DNA of 64,000 nucleotides from Pseudomonadota bacterium (GCA_038134595.1 JAYPVM010000010.1:35596-99595); one strand, 5' to 3'; shown: positions 19,571 through 30,874, numbered from the stretch's first letter. Numbers and translations are program-made. Notes: generated from the sequence alone by a model not told the origin.

Positions 19571-20962
19571 CTAATGACTATTAACTGCAGATACCTGCCC
19601 ATGATCGTGTTTGGCACGACGCATCGGCGGCGGCAATATCTCCTTGATCTCGGTAATCGCAACTGACGGAAAGAATTTGATAAACAACGTCATCCACATA
19701 CCGAACCACCCGAAGGCGCCAACCGTAATCCCAACCTCTACCCATGAGAAATTGTATCCGCCCCACGCGGCAGGGATAAACTCTCGTGTAAGAGACTGGA
19801 AGATAATATTGAATCGCTCCAACCACATACCAATATTGATGATGATAGAAAGGACAAACAGAAAGGCAATATTGGTTCTCAAAGACTTAATCCACAGAAG
19901 CTGTGGAGCTATACAGTTACAAAAAGTCATCCCCCAAAATGGCAACCAATACTCACCAAATGGCCGAAACCAGAACTGAAACCTCTCGAATGGATTGTTA
20001 CTAAACCAAGCTGTATAAAACTCGGTAATATACGAATATGAGACGACCCCGGAAGTCAGTAAGATTAACTTACTCATCGCATCAAAATGCACCGGCGTAA
20101 TTAGTCGATGAAGATTAAATGCTTTTCGCAGTGGGATTGCCAAGGTAATGACCATTGCTACTCCCGAAAATATCGCACCTGCAACAAAGTATGGCGGAAA
20201 TATCGTTGCATGCCATCCGGGAACGATACTCATGGCAAAGTCCCACGATACGACCGAGTGAACCGAAACCACAAGCGGCGTAGCAAGCGCTGCAAAAATC
20301 AGGTACGCGGCTTGGTAATGCTTCCACTGCGTGTGGCTACCGCGCCACCCCAAACAAGTTACACCGTATAGAGCCTTTCGAAATTTCGTTGTCGCTCTAT
20401 CTCGTGCCGCCGCGATATCTGGAATCAAACCAACAAAAAAGAAAGTAGCCGAGATGGTAAAGTATGTAGATACAGCAAATACATCCCAGAGAAGTGGCGA
20501 CCTAAAGTTTGGCCATAAGGCTCGCTCATTCGGATACGGTATAAGCCAAAGAGCATACCAAGGCCGGCCAACGTGAATCACTGGAAACAAGCCCGCCGTC
20601 ATAACAGCAAATACCGTCATAGCCTCAGCGAGCCGATAAATCGGCTGCCGAAATGCGGCTCTAAAAAGATACAGCACCGCTGAAATCAACGTGCCAGAGT
20701 GCGCGATACCAACCCAGAATACAAAGTTTGTGATATACGTTCCCCAACCGATAGGAATACTGTTTCCTGATTCACCGTAACCACTCCACATCTGGTAGAA
20801 CCAACTTGAGGCACCAATAACCAAGAAAAATATGCACGTAAAGAGAAGCAGGAACCATCCCGTTCCAGGAGGCTCTAGCATCTTCAAAACCGTATCATTT
20901 ACCTCGGCATATGTTACCGGAGCTTCACTTTCTGATTCATGTTCATTATGGATGTGTTTCAT
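19571..20962 (-). CDS. actC: Alternative complex III quinol-binding subunit ActC (NrfD/PsrC family)
   Basis: Motifs NFVFWVGIAHSGTLISA, SPLLWDVFA, VHSVVSWDFA and PPYFVAGAIFSG. Confidence 0.92.
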   Translation of the reverse strand: MKHIHNEHESESEAPVTYAEVNDTVLKMLEPPGTGWFLLLFTCIFFLVIGASSWFYQMWSGYGESGNSIPIGWGTYITNFVFWVGIAHSGTLISAVLYLFRAAFRQPIYRLAEAMTVFAVMTAGLFPVIHVGRPWYALWLIPYPNERALWPNFRSPLLWDVFAVSTYFTISATFFFVGLIPDIAAARDRATTKFRKALYGVTCLGWRGSHTQWKHYQAAYLIFAALATPLVVSVHSVVSWDFAMSIVPGWHATIFPPYFVAGAIFSGVAMVITLAIPLRKAFNLHRLITPVHFDAMSKLILLTSGVVSYSYITEFYTAWFSNNPFERFQFWFRPFGEYWLPFWGMTFCNCIAPQLLWIKSLRTNIAFLFVLSIIINIGMWLERFNIIFQSLTREFIPAAWGGYNFSWVEVGITVGAFGWFGMWMTLFIKFFPSVAITEIKEILPPPMRRAKHDHGQVSAVNSH

Positions 20963-20980
20963 AACGTCGATCTCTTCGAA

Positions 20981-23900
20981 TTACGCCTTATATCGGATGT
21001 CGTTTAGATAGCTCACTGAAGGTTGCGTATTGAGGTGATGATCCAAAACCTTATAGGCACGCTCACTTCGAGCCGCTTTGCTTACCTTACTGTTTGGATC
21101 ATTTAAGTTACCAAACGTCAGCGCCTGCGTTGGACAGGTCTGCACACACGCCGGTGTTACATCACCATCTTCCACCAATCTCCCTAAGTCCTTCGCCACG
21201 TCCTTAGCCTCAGCAACTCTCTGCATACAGAACGTACACTTCTCCATCACACCCACTGTTCTCTTGGTCACATCTGGGTTGACCTGCCAATCCAAAAGTT
21301 CAGGCCACTCGTATTGGAACCAGTTAAAGCGCCGCACTTTGTACGAGCAGTTATTGGAACAATACCGTGTGCCGACGCAGCGGTTATAAACCATTGCATT
21401 CATTCCTTCCTCATTGTGATACGTCGCATACACAGGACAAACCGGCTCACACGGAGCATTTTGACAGTGTTGACACATCATAGGAAGGAAGCTCACCTTG
21501 AGCTCTTCTCCACTATTAGGGTTCTGATCATAATAACGCTCGATACGAATCCAGGTCATCTCGCGTCCCTGAGCGACAATCTTCTTACCCACTACAGGAA
21601 TGTTGTTCTCCGCGTAGCACGCCACCACACATGCAGAACAACCAGTGCAGGCCGCGAGATCAACGGTCATTCCCCACTGATAAAGCGGATGCTCTCTTTG
21701 CTCATACATCTGCTTCGGCTCATGGTGTCCGTGCGATGCATCGTCACCGTGATGATCAGCTCCATCATGATGATCTCCGCCCCCACCAGCAATCATAGTG
21801 GTTCGAGCAAGCTCTCGATTCTCCTGAGAACTAAAGTCCTGAACGGTTACCAAGTTACCTGCTCCCGGAGCCCTCGACACCGTTACTGGCGCACCAGCCA
21901 AGACGATCGATCCCGATACCTTGGCCAACTTTTTCGGAAGCAATCCAAAAACACTTCCACTTCCTTCAGCAGCACTCTCCGCATATCGACCGTACGCAGA
22001 ATGTCCCTGACCAACTGGCACTGCCACAATATCCTTGTGAACGTGTTCGGTAATATAGGCAGGCGCCCTCACCTCACCGTCATCTGTCTTAAGTCGTACT
22101 TGATCTCCTTGTGCAATACCATATGACTTCGCTGTATCAGGGTGCATTTCTACCCAGGTGCCCCATACAGCCTGCGTAATAGGATCGGCAAGCTCCTGCA
22201 TCCAAGGCCTATTAGCTGCACGTCCATCAAACGACTTAACCGAAGGATAAGGGTACAACATCAAGGCCCCCTTAGCTCGCTTAGCGCCGTGAGCTTTTAG
22301 TGCAACCTTGAGGACTTGCGATGATACACTTATCGATGATGAGCCTGTTGAACCCGACTTGAAGTTTCCTCCATCCTCTAAACTGCTCATCCAAAAGCGT
22401 TTCTCGTCACCCGAGAACCTTCCACTACAGGCTTTGAGATAGCCAGCTTTGACAAAGTCAGCGTACGATTTTCCATTGTCCGAAATCGCCCGAGAGGTAT
22501 TACTTGCGATAGTAATCAACACATCTCCAAAACTCTTCGTTTCGAAGATAGGCCTCATAGACGGTTGCTGGAGGCTAATCGAGCCATTTACCTGCTTGTT
22601 GTAACCCCAGTCCTCAAGACTAGTGTGAACAGGTAGAATATAGTCAGCTAAAACAGCGGTCTCGTCCTCATGACTCGACAACGCCACAACAAGCCCTGCC
22701 TTTTTACCGGAAGCTCCGCCTACTACTCCCACCTCTCGAGAACCGTATGCGTAGCCGAACGCGGCAGGAAACGAAAACTGAGGATTCGTATTATAGGTAA
22801 GCAAGACATCAACGTTTCCACCTTGCATATCTTCAATAAGTTCGACCATCTTCTCAGCCGAAGTGTTCGGAACGGTCATTTCAGCAACATTGACCGTGTG
22901 CCCAACATTGCCAAGCATGACATTTAAGATATTAACTGCAACCAAAAGCGGCATTGGATCCTCTGTCTGGGTGGCCGTACCCCCTGCCAAAATCAAAGAC
23001 TGCTTAGCCTCTCCCAAATGCTGCGCGACTGCTGCAAGCTTTTCTACGGAAACTCCCGTACGTTCCGAAGTTCCCTCAAGAGTCACATGCCGAACCGCCC
23101 GCTCTACATACGCGAGCACCTCACCGTTAAGGCCTTTTACTCGGCCACGTTGCATAAGATCTTTTATCAAAAACAACGCTATTTCGAGCTCACTGCCCAC
23201 ATTTGCCTTTAGCCACGTATCAGCATTTGCACCTGTCAGCGACAGTCTTGGCTCCACATGAACAAATCGCAACGGATGCTTAGACCTCCTCGAGTCCGCC
23301 CACTGCCTGGCGTAGCCAACCGGATTAGCCCATGTTTCGAGGAAATCAGCTCCAAAATTTACAATCAAGGAAGCTTTGTCTAACGAGAAAGTTGGCACGC
23401 CAAACGTTCCGAAAACTAACTCTGAAGCCTTCGCAACAGCTACCGGCTGCATTGGATCCCAAACCACATGCGAAAATCCCATTGTGGTAGCAAATTTCTC
23501 CACTATCTCTTTTTGAGAGGATGGGAGCTCCCCGGTCAAGAGTACCTTCTTCTTGTTCGACTTCGAGACAGCCTCTGTGATCTTACCGTAAACCTCATTC
23601 CACGATGCGTCCAAGAAGACAGGACGAGACTTCTCCCTTAACCGATCGTCCGGAATAGAGCCAAGCTTTCTCTTTTTTGGACCTCTTACCCTATCTGGAT
23701 CATAAAGAGACTGTAGAGCAGACTGGCCTAAGGCACACAAACTCCCCCGATTTACAGGATTTAAAGGATTACCTTCTATCTTGACCGCTCGTCCTTCGCG
23801 GGTTCGCACCCGAATACCACAACCCGCAGAGCATTCATTACACGTTGAACTATACCAAACGGCTACTCCCGGTATCTGCTCAGGATCGGGCTTAACATAG

Positions 23901-24070
23901 GGAAATATCTTCTGCTCAGCTGGGTTCGCGCAGGCGGCAGCACTTAGAGCTGTTGTTGCTCCAAGACCCTGTAGGAACCTACGCCGAGATATCTGAACTA
24001 ACCCAGATGAATTACTATTCTTTTGTGCCCTATTCTGACCCTTGTTCAATTGAACCAAATCGTCTTTCAT
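20981..24070 (-). CDS. actB: Alternative complex III ActB (molybdopterin-oxidoreductase-like domain fused to Fe-S ferredoxin), Tat lipoprotein
   Basis: Tat motif SRRRFLQ with lipobox AAAC; REGRAVKIEGNP. The C-terminus carries CTGCSACVVAC, CQHCQNAPCEPVCP, CVGTRYCSNNC and KCTFC. Confidence 0.92.
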   Translation of the reverse strand: MKDDLVQLNKGQNRAQKNSNSSGLVQISRRRFLQGLGATTALSAAACANPAEQKIFPYVKPDPEQIPGVAVWYSSTCNECSAGCGIRVRTREGRAVKIEGNPLNPVNRGSLCALGQSALQSLYDPDRVRGPKKRKLGSIPDDRLREKSRPVFLDASWNEVYGKITEAVSKSNKKKVLLTGELPSSQKEIVEKFATTMGFSHVVWDPMQPVAVAKASELVFGTFGVPTFSLDKASLIVNFGADFLETWANPVGYARQWADSRRSKHPLRFVHVEPRLSLTGANADTWLKANVGSELEIALFLIKDLMQRGRVKGLNGEVLAYVERAVRHVTLEGTSERTGVSVEKLAAVAQHLGEAKQSLILAGGTATQTEDPMPLLVAVNILNVMLGNVGHTVNVAEMTVPNTSAEKMVELIEDMQGGNVDVLLTYNTNPQFSFPAAFGYAYGSREVGVVGGASGKKAGLVVALSSHEDETAVLADYILPVHTSLEDWGYNKQVNGSISLQQPSMRPIFETKSFGDVLITIASNTSRAISDNGKSYADFVKAGYLKACSGRFSGDEKRFWMSSLEDGGNFKSGSTGSSSISVSSQVLKVALKAHGAKRAKGALMLYPYPSVKSFDGRAANRPWMQELADPITQAVWGTWVEMHPDTAKSYGIAQGDQVRLKTDDGEVRAPAYITEHVHKDIVAVPVGQGHSAYGRYAESAAEGSGSVFGLLPKKLAKVSGSIVLAGAPVTVSRAPGAGNLVTVQDFSSQENRELARTTMIAGGGGDHHDGADHHGDDASHGHHEPKQMYEQREHPLYQWGMTVDLAACTGCSACVVACYAENNIPVVGKKIVAQGREMTWIRIERYYDQNPNSGEELKVSFLPMMCQHCQNAPCEPVCPVYATYHNEEGMNAMVYNRCVGTRYCSNNCSYKVRRFNWFQYEWPELLDWQVNPDVTKRTVGVMEKCTFCMQRVAEAKDVAKDLGRLVEDGDVTPACVQTCPTQALTFGNLNDPNSKVSKAARSERAYKVLDHHLNTQPSVSYLNDIRYKA

Positions 24071-24143
24071 GTCCCAACCTCTGTACGACTGACCAAACTG
24101 CGTGCTGATTAAACTTAATAAAATCCTACCAGTACCTACGTCC

Positions 24144-24839
24144 CTAACGATGACTATGGCAGGTTAAACAATCGATGCTCGCGCCCCGCTCACGGTGACA
24201 ACTGATACACCATCCCATCTTCATCGAAGAAACTCTCTCTACCTGCGCCATCTCCGGAATTTGACCGTGACACTCCTGACACGCCACACCCGCTTTACCG
24301 TGCCGCTTATGATTAAACTTTAGATAATCTGGCATCACATGAACCTTCACCCACGGTATTGGCTCTCCCCGATTGTAGTAATCCTTGAGCTTCTCAATAT
24401 CTTTCTTACCCTGCTCGCTTTTCCCAGCAACCAATGCCCCGTGACAACCCATGCAGGTTTCTTCCTCTGGAATTGCAGCATACGCCGACTTATTAACCGA
24501 CCAGTGGCAATACTGACACTCCATCTTATTCTGCTGAACGTGAATCACGTGACTGAAGTTTATTGGCTGTTGAGGCTTATAGCCACGCGCTCGCTGTTCA
24601 GGGCCGAAGTAATGAAAATGGTCGGTAATATTAAGGTCCCACAATGCTGCTTGACCATCATTGTACACCCCTGTTCGCACACCGACCGCTGGGTAATCGG
24701 GTGTTGCATGTCCGTTTTCAACAGACTGAAACTGAAAGAACGCTAGAACGGCTGTGATACCGACCGCTACGACCACAAATCTTGATTTCTTAACCATGGA
24801 ATAAAAAGAAAATGAGTGTGCGAGTCGTGAATCTTTCAA
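24144..24839 (-). CDS. actA: Alternative complex III pentaheme cytochrome c ActA
   Basis: N-terminal TM, PQQPINFSH..H and five CxxCH motifs (CQYCH, CMGCH, CQECH, CISCH, CLTCH). The start may be ATG 24797. Confidence 0.9.
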   Translation of the reverse strand: MKDSRLAHSFSFYSMVKKSRFVVVAVGITAVLAFFQFQSVENGHATPDYPAVGVRTGVYNDGQAALWDLNITDHFHYFGPEQRARGYKPQQPINFSHVIHVQQNKMECQYCHWSVNKSAYAAIPEEETCMGCHGALVAGKSEQGKKDIEKLKDYYNRGEPIPWVKVHVMPDYLKFNHKRHGKAGVACQECHGQIPEMAQVERVSSMKMGWCISCHRERGASIDCLTCHSHR

Positions 24840-25194
24840 GTATTTAAGCTGTTGAGACTAAAGCCACGTAGCTACCCCCCCAAACCGCCGATACTTACAT
24901 TGCCCAGAGCTTGAAACTTACACCCCTTGAGCTTTACTACAGCAACCCTCTACACCTACAACTTACAAGACAAACAATTTTTCCATTTCGTAATAAAACA
25001 TTAAAGAGATTCAGGAAAGTAGCTAACTAACTTTTCTTCTTTCCGTCCTATCCTCGTGTTAATGAGCACTACGAAGCAAAAAAACTTCTCCGGAGAGGGT
25101 TCTATCTCAGAAATAAAAAAAATGGAATATCCTGAGGAGGATAAACATCGTTTTCTTATCGAGTTATTCGCCACAATCGCCTACAGTGAGAGCC

Positions 25195-26631
25195 ATGAAA
25201 ATTGAACAAGCGTCATGCCTCGCCCAGGGAGGGTGGTTTCAATCGGCCACCGGCGAGAGCCATGCCATTATCTCACCCAAAACACGGCACATTATCGGGC
25301 GCGTTCCAATGCTCACAGCCGAGGAAATCCGAGCGACAATCTCGCACAGCCAGCGTGCATTCCAAAAATGGAGGCACTCTACCCCTCAATTTCGCGCCGA
25401 AATACTCACGAAACTCGGAGCATACCTCATCGAACACTGCGACAGATTAGCCGCAATCATATCCCTAGAGCAGGGCAAACCTCATCGTGAAGCCGTGGGT
25501 GAAGTGCACTACAGTGCAGACTACCTTCAATGCTACGCCGAAGAAGCCTTGCGAATCACCAGAGATTCCATACAAGATCCGAACCCCTCCAAACAGTTGA
25601 CGGTAACACGCCGACCGCTTGGCGTAGTCGTGGCGATAACCCCATGGAACTTTCCACTTGCAATGCTTACTCGAAAAATGGCGGCTGCGCTCGCCGCGGG
25701 CTGTACTTTTATCGCCAAACCGGCACCTGAAACTCCCCTCTCAGCTCTGGCACTCGGTGAAGCGTGTTGCGCTGTTGGAGTCCCTATCGATGTTGTTCAG
25801 ATCGTAACTGGCGATGCCGAAATCCTCGGAAAAGAGTTTATGAAATCAAAAACAGTACGGGGGGTGAGCTTTACTGGTTCCACGGAGGTTGGGAAGCTCC
25901 TCATCAAACAATCTTCCGATACCGTAAAGAAACTCACTCTGGAACTCGGCGGAAACGCTCCCTGCATTATCTGCCAGGATGCTGATATCGAAAAAGCAGT
26001 TCAAGGGGTTATCTTGGGTAAATTTCGAAATGCTGGGCAAGTATGCATAGCGATAAATCGCCTCTTAATTCACGAGAATATCGCTCAGCGATTTACCGAG
26101 AAACTTATCTCTGAAATATCCAAACTCACTCTCTATGAGAGAGAGGATGCGGCCTACGACATTGGGCCACTGATAAATCAAGCAGCGGTAGAAAAAATCG
26201 TTCGATTAACGAGCGATGCCAAACAGAAAGGGGCATCATTATGTTATGGCCCTCTTCCCTCACTGAACCCACAATCTACATTGGTAAAGCCGTGCGTGCT
26301 TTCAGACATCTCGCCCTCAATGGCGATCTGGCACGAAGAGGTATTCGGGCCGATAGTATCAATAGCCACGTTTTCCAACATCGATGAAGCAATCACCCTC
26401 GCAAATAACACCGATTATGGGCTCGCCGCATATGTGTACTCAAGCGACCTCAAGACCGGTCACAACATTGCGCTCGAACTAGATTTTGGCATGGTAGGAG
26501 TAAACGATACTGCTATATCAAATGCGCGCGCTCCATTCGGAGGAATCAAACAATCTGGCTTTGGCAGAGAAGGAGGTGCGTACGGCATAGCCGAGTACCT
26601 CGAGCTTCAATACCAATCAAGCATCTCGTAG
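25195..26631 (+). CDS. gabD: NAD(P)-dependent succinate-semialdehyde dehydrogenase (ALDH family)
   Basis: Motifs ITPWNFPLAM, SFTGSTEVG, ELGGNAP, KFRNAGQVC, EEVFGP and PFGGIKQSGFGREG. Confidence 0.85.
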   Translation: MKIEQASCLAQGGWFQSATGESHAIISPKTRHIIGRVPMLTAEEIRATISHSQRAFQKWRHSTPQFRAEILTKLGAYLIEHCDRLAAIISLEQGKPHREAVGEVHYSADYLQCYAEEALRITRDSIQDPNPSKQLTVTRRPLGVVVAITPWNFPLAMLTRKMAAALAAGCTFIAKPAPETPLSALALGEACCAVGVPIDVVQIVTGDAEILGKEFMKSKTVRGVSFTGSTEVGKLLIKQSSDTVKKLTLELGGNAPCIICQDADIEKAVQGVILGKFRNAGQVCIAINRLLIHENIAQRFTEKLISEISKLTLYEREDAAYDIGPLINQAAVEKIVRLTSDAKQKGASLCYGPLPSLNPQSTLVKPCVLSDISPSMAIWHEEVFGPIVSIATFSNIDEAITLANNTDYGLAAYVYSSDLKTGHNIALELDFGMVGVNDTAISNARAPFGGIKQSGFGREGGAYGIAEYLELQYQSSIS

Positions 26632-26837
26632 ACCCTACCTTGAAAAAGAACCTCAATGAAAACTATCAAAAGCCACAGAACAAAAACCGAAATCATATAA
26701 CGCTCTCGCACATACGTCGCCTCCTCGGCATACACGAGGCCAAGCACCTCTCTAAAAAACGGCCTCCCAGCACGACTCTTTAGTTAAAATTCTTTGATGA
26801 GTTGCGCTCCTGCTCTACCCGCACACTGCACAGACAT

Positions 26838-28433
26838 CTACACACAACAACTCGGGGGATCTACAACGGTGCTACACCTCTGCTCGTTGCTCGTCTCGGG
26901 ATAATCCAATGTAAAGTGGAGTCCCCTACTCTCTTTTCGACGTAACGCACAATCAATGATCAGCTGCGCTGTCAAATGGAGATTTCGCAGCTCCACAAGG
27001 TCTGCTGTAACGGTGGAAGTATGGTAATACTCCAAAATCTCTCGTCCAATAAGATCAATTCTGTGGCGAGCTCGCTCAAGTCGTTTTGTTGTTCTGACAA
27101 CGCCTACATAGTTCCACATCGTTCTACGAATCTCATCCCAGTTATGGGTAATAACCACCTGCTCATCACTATCAACAGCATCGCCTGCATCCCAACAAGG
27201 AATCTCGACCTGAACTTTATCCGAACTGTTCGTTGTTAGTGAATGCTCTGCCGCACGGTTGCCAAACACCAATCCCTCAAGAAGAGAGTTTGAGGCTAAG
27301 CGATTAGCGCCGTGCAATCCTGTACATGCACATTCTCCCGCTACATAAAGATCAACGATATCAGTACAGCCAAATTCATCACTTACCACTCCACCGCACA
27401 TGTAGTGCGCCGCTGGCACAACTGGAATCGCCTCTTTTGTGATATCAAAACCAAACGCCAAGCATCGTTGATATATCGTCGGGAAATGATTCTGGATAAA
27501 ATCCTTCTCTCGATGAGAAATATCAAGCAACACAAATTCATCTCCAGATTTCTTCATTTCAGCGTCGATTGCACGAGCAACAACATCTCGGGGCGCCAAC
27601 TCACCTTGCGAGTGATATGAATGCATGAATAAATCACCATTTTTTCGCCGCAACAGCGCCCCTTCCCCCCGCATCGCCTCAGTAATTAAAAAATTCTTTG
27701 CCTCAGGATGGAATAAGCACGTAGGATGAAACTGCATAAATTCCAAATTAGATACTCGACATCCAGCTCGGTAACACATCGCAATGCCATCTCCTGAAGC
27801 CACGTCAGGATTTGAAGTGTAGAGATACACTTTTCCCGCTCCTCCTGTTGCCATCAGAACCTTATCGGCTCGAAATGTCTCTATTGCACCACTAGGCATC
27901 AGAACATACGCTCCTAACACCTTATTTGGGGCATCCTGAAAAACTCCAAGCTTGCGTGTGGTGATGAGATCAATAGCACTCGCTCTACTTATTAAGTCTA
28001 TCTGGGGATGTGCTTCAACAGCGTTAAGTAATGCATCTTGAATCTGAAACCCCGTGGCATCAGCTACATGAAAAATACGACGACGTGAGTGCCCCCCTTC
28101 ACGATGGAGGTGGTACCCCCCATGTTTATCAACATCAAAACTAACACCCCTCTTCACCAATCCTTCTACAAGCGCCGGACCTTCTCGCACTACCGTAGAT
28201 GCAATCTGCTCATCGCTAAGTCCACAACCACATCGTAGCGTATCCTCAACGTGCAGCTCAAAACTATCGTCTCCGCTGCTTACTGCCGCAATACCACCCT
28301 GGGCCCACCTAGTTGATGACACCTGAGGGTCTTGCTTGCACAACACAGCCACCGAACCATAATCAGCCACACGCAAAGCGTACGTTAAACCAGCTATTCC
28401 ACCGCCTATTACTAAAAAATCAAACTCTCGCAT
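26838..28433 (-). CDS. nadB: L-aspartate oxidase
   Basis: Motifs GGGIAG, WAQGGIAA, REGGHS, QFHPT, GLHGANRLASNSLLE and ESRGLH. Confidence 0.95.
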   Translation of the reverse strand: MREFDFLVIGGGIAGLTYALRVADYGSVAVLCKQDPQVSSTRWAQGGIAAVSSGDDSFELHVEDTLRCGCGLSDEQIASTVVREGPALVEGLVKRGVSFDVDKHGGYHLHREGGHSRRRIFHVADATGFQIQDALLNAVEAHPQIDLISRASAIDLITTRKLGVFQDAPNKVLGAYVLMPSGAIETFRADKVLMATGGAGKVYLYTSNPDVASGDGIAMCYRAGCRVSNLEFMQFHPTCLFHPEAKNFLITEAMRGEGALLRRKNGDLFMHSYHSQGELAPRDVVARAIDAEMKKSGDEFVLLDISHREKDFIQNHFPTIYQRCLAFGFDITKEAIPVVPAAHYMCGGVVSDEFGCTDIVDLYVAGECACTGLHGANRLASNSLLEGLVFGNRAAEHSLTTNSSDKVQVEIPCWDAGDAVDSDEQVVITHNWDEIRRTMWNYVGVVRTTKRLERARHRIDLIGREILEYYHTSTVTADLVELRNLHLTAQLIIDCALRRKESRGLHFTLDYPETSNEQRCSTVVDPPSCCV

Positions 28434-28533
28434 TAACGATCCGTAATGAAATGAATGCTTTGTGGGTTGCCTGTTGGAAGTCTATCGTCCACCATAGCAG
28501 TGAAATCATAAAGACTCTATATCGATAAGACTT

Positions 28534-30579
28534 ATGAACAAAAACAACCCGTTAACACTTCGCACCTCGACGATTCCATTTAAACATTTTTCGGCGGCTG
28601 ACATTCAACCAGCGATCGATACCGTGCTTGCTGAGGCCAAGCAACAACTTGCGGCCATTAAGCAGCCACGAAATGAGCGAACCTTCGAAAACACGATGCT
28701 TGCACTCGATGAACTCGGACTCTCTCTTGATTTCACAATGGGTATCATCTCCCACCTAGAGTCTGTTGCCACTACACCAGAGTGGCGTGCCGCATATAAC
28801 GAAGTATTACCGCTCGTCACACAATTTCATTCAGAAATAACCTTGGATAGAGAGCTATGGCACGCCCTGCGTGAATACTCCAACTCTCAGGAAGCTAGCA
28901 CACTACCACCCCACCGAAAAAGGTTTCTCGAGAAAACATTAGATTCCTTCCGAAGACACGGGGCTGAGTTATCTGAGGAAGACAAAGTAACACTAACTCG
29001 TATCAACAATGATCTGGCGAAGATCACGACAACGTTTTCTCAAAATACACTAGATGCAACAAATGCATTTGAATACGTCACCACAGATGAAGCCGAACTC
29101 GCGGGTCTACCTGCAAGTGCTCTCATGATGGGTAAGGTATCTGCAAAATCAAAAAACGTCGACGGCTGGCGCTACACCTTACAAGCTCCCAGTGTTATCG
29201 CAATTCTAACGTATGCTGAGAACAGAACTCTACGTGAAACCTTTTACAAGGCCTACAATGCCCGTTGCGCCTCCGGAGAGCTATCTAATAGAAAGCATTT
29301 ACTGAGCATACTAACTCTTCGAGCAGAGAAAGCTGCGCTGTTAGGCTTTTCTGATTTTTCAGATCTTGTCTTAGCAGACCGCATGGCAAAAAGCGGAACC
29401 TCGGCATCAAATTTTGTGGAGCAACTTAGAGAACACGTTGAACCTCATTTTTATCGAGAGAACGAAGAACTAGAGCGGTTTGTCAAAGAAACATTTGATA
29501 TAGATCCAACAGATCTGCGACCATGGGACATCGGTTTTTATACGGAAAAACTTCGCAAAGCTTTGTATGATTTTGATGAAGAAGCGCTAAGGCCTTATTT
29601 CCCGCTCCCTACAGTTATGAAGGGGCTCTTTACTCTCGTGGAAAGGCTCTTTGGAATCAGATTTGAGGAAAACAACTCTCTTGAATGTTGGGATGAACAC
29701 GTTCGTGCCTACTCGGCATACGATACCAAAGACAACACACTCTTGGGTCATTTTTATTCAGATCTATTCCCACGAGAAAACAAAAGAGGTGGGGCTTGGA
29801 TGAATAGCATGGTGACACATGCTGCATCAGATGGCGCTGAATTTCCGCACGTAGGTCTCATCGCTGGCAATTTTACTCCACCCTCTGAGTCAACTCCCGC
29901 CTTACTGACCCACAATGAAGTCACAACACTCTTTCACGAGTTTGGACACCTACTACACCTTTTGTGTAACACTACCGAACTACGCAGTCAGTCGATGTCG
30001 GCAGTCGCTTGGGACTTTATAGAACTTCCTTCTCAGATACTTGAGAATTGGTGTTGGGAAAGGGAGTCGCTCAACACGTTTGCGAAGCACCATGAATCCG
30101 GCGAAGCACTCCCTGACACACTATTTGAGAAACTTCTCAAAGCGAGAACATTTAGAAATGCATCACACATTATGCGTCAGGTGGGATTCTCGACGGTGGA
30201 TCTTGCACTTCATCGGAACTACGAACCGACAAAAGATGGTGATGTAACAGAGTATGCTCGCGCTATCACCCAGAGGTTTTCGCCTCTCCCTCTACCAGAA
30301 GATTACAGTATGATATTGACCTTCACGCATTTATTTAGCTCACCAGTTGGGTATGCCGCCGGCTATTACTCGTATCAATGGTCTGAGGTGCTCGATGCGG
30401 ATGCTTTTTCCAAATTCAGGGAAGATGGCATCTTTAATCAAGCAACCGGGACAGCCTTCCGCAAAAAGATTCTTAGCCAGGGGGATTCCCAAGATGCCGA
30501 AACTCTCTATACAGAGTTTAGAGGGCGTAAAGCACAAATTAAACCACTGCTTGAACGCGCTGGGCTACTTCAATCATAG
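28534..30579 (+). CDS. prlC: Oligopeptidase A (M3 metallopeptidase)
   Basis: Motifs KRGGAWM, HEFGH, ELPSQILENW and YAAGYYSY.W. Confidence 0.92.
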   Translation: MNKNNPLTLRTSTIPFKHFSAADIQPAIDTVLAEAKQQLAAIKQPRNERTFENTMLALDELGLSLDFTMGIISHLESVATTPEWRAAYNEVLPLVTQFHSEITLDRELWHALREYSNSQEASTLPPHRKRFLEKTLDSFRRHGAELSEEDKVTLTRINNDLAKITTTFSQNTLDATNAFEYVTTDEAELAGLPASALMMGKVSAKSKNVDGWRYTLQAPSVIAILTYAENRTLRETFYKAYNARCASGELSNRKHLLSILTLRAEKAALLGFSDFSDLVLADRMAKSGTSASNFVEQLREHVEPHFYRENEELERFVKETFDIDPTDLRPWDIGFYTEKLRKALYDFDEEALRPYFPLPTVMKGLFTLVERLFGIRFEENNSLECWDEHVRAYSAYDTKDNTLLGHFYSDLFPRENKRGGAWMNSMVTHAASDGAEFPHVGLIAGNFTPPSESTPALLTHNEVTTLFHEFGHLLHLLCNTTELRSQSMSAVAWDFIELPSQILENWCWERESLNTFAKHHESGEALPDTLFEKLLKARTFRNASHIMRQVGFSTVDLALHRNYEPTKDGDVTEYARAITQRFSPLPLPEDYSMILTFTHLFSSPVGYAAGYYSYQWSEVLDADAFSKFREDGIFNQATGTAFRKKILSQGDSQDAETLYTEFRGRKAQIKPLLERAGLLQS

Positions 30580-30874
30580 AAATCTCTACGCAATTCCTCT
30601 ACAAAGAGCCCACTCCAAAACGGCGGTTTGCTTCCATGATGCGACACTACAACCACAGCGGCACAGGATTACTGTTTTCTCCTGTCCCCTTTTGATTTGT
30701 ATTTAGCTTTCACTTTGATCCCCGAGTTCTCGACATGAGGCATAGTTGAGCAGATTCAGCGCAATAATGCGAATACAGCAAGATACACACACAGCTCTCG
30801 CAAAATTCTACTCTGGGTATCTATTCCTCTATCCGATATACTAAAGGAAACCAAGCAACAATGAGCTAACCATC

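Noticed and set aside
21314..22126. 270-aa plus-strand ORF
   Set aside because: It is an antisense shadow of actB with no recognisable motifs.
30831..30840. Sigma-28 -10-like CCGATAT upstream of the HDOD-like gene
   Set aside because: There is no TAAA -35 element at the proper spacing.
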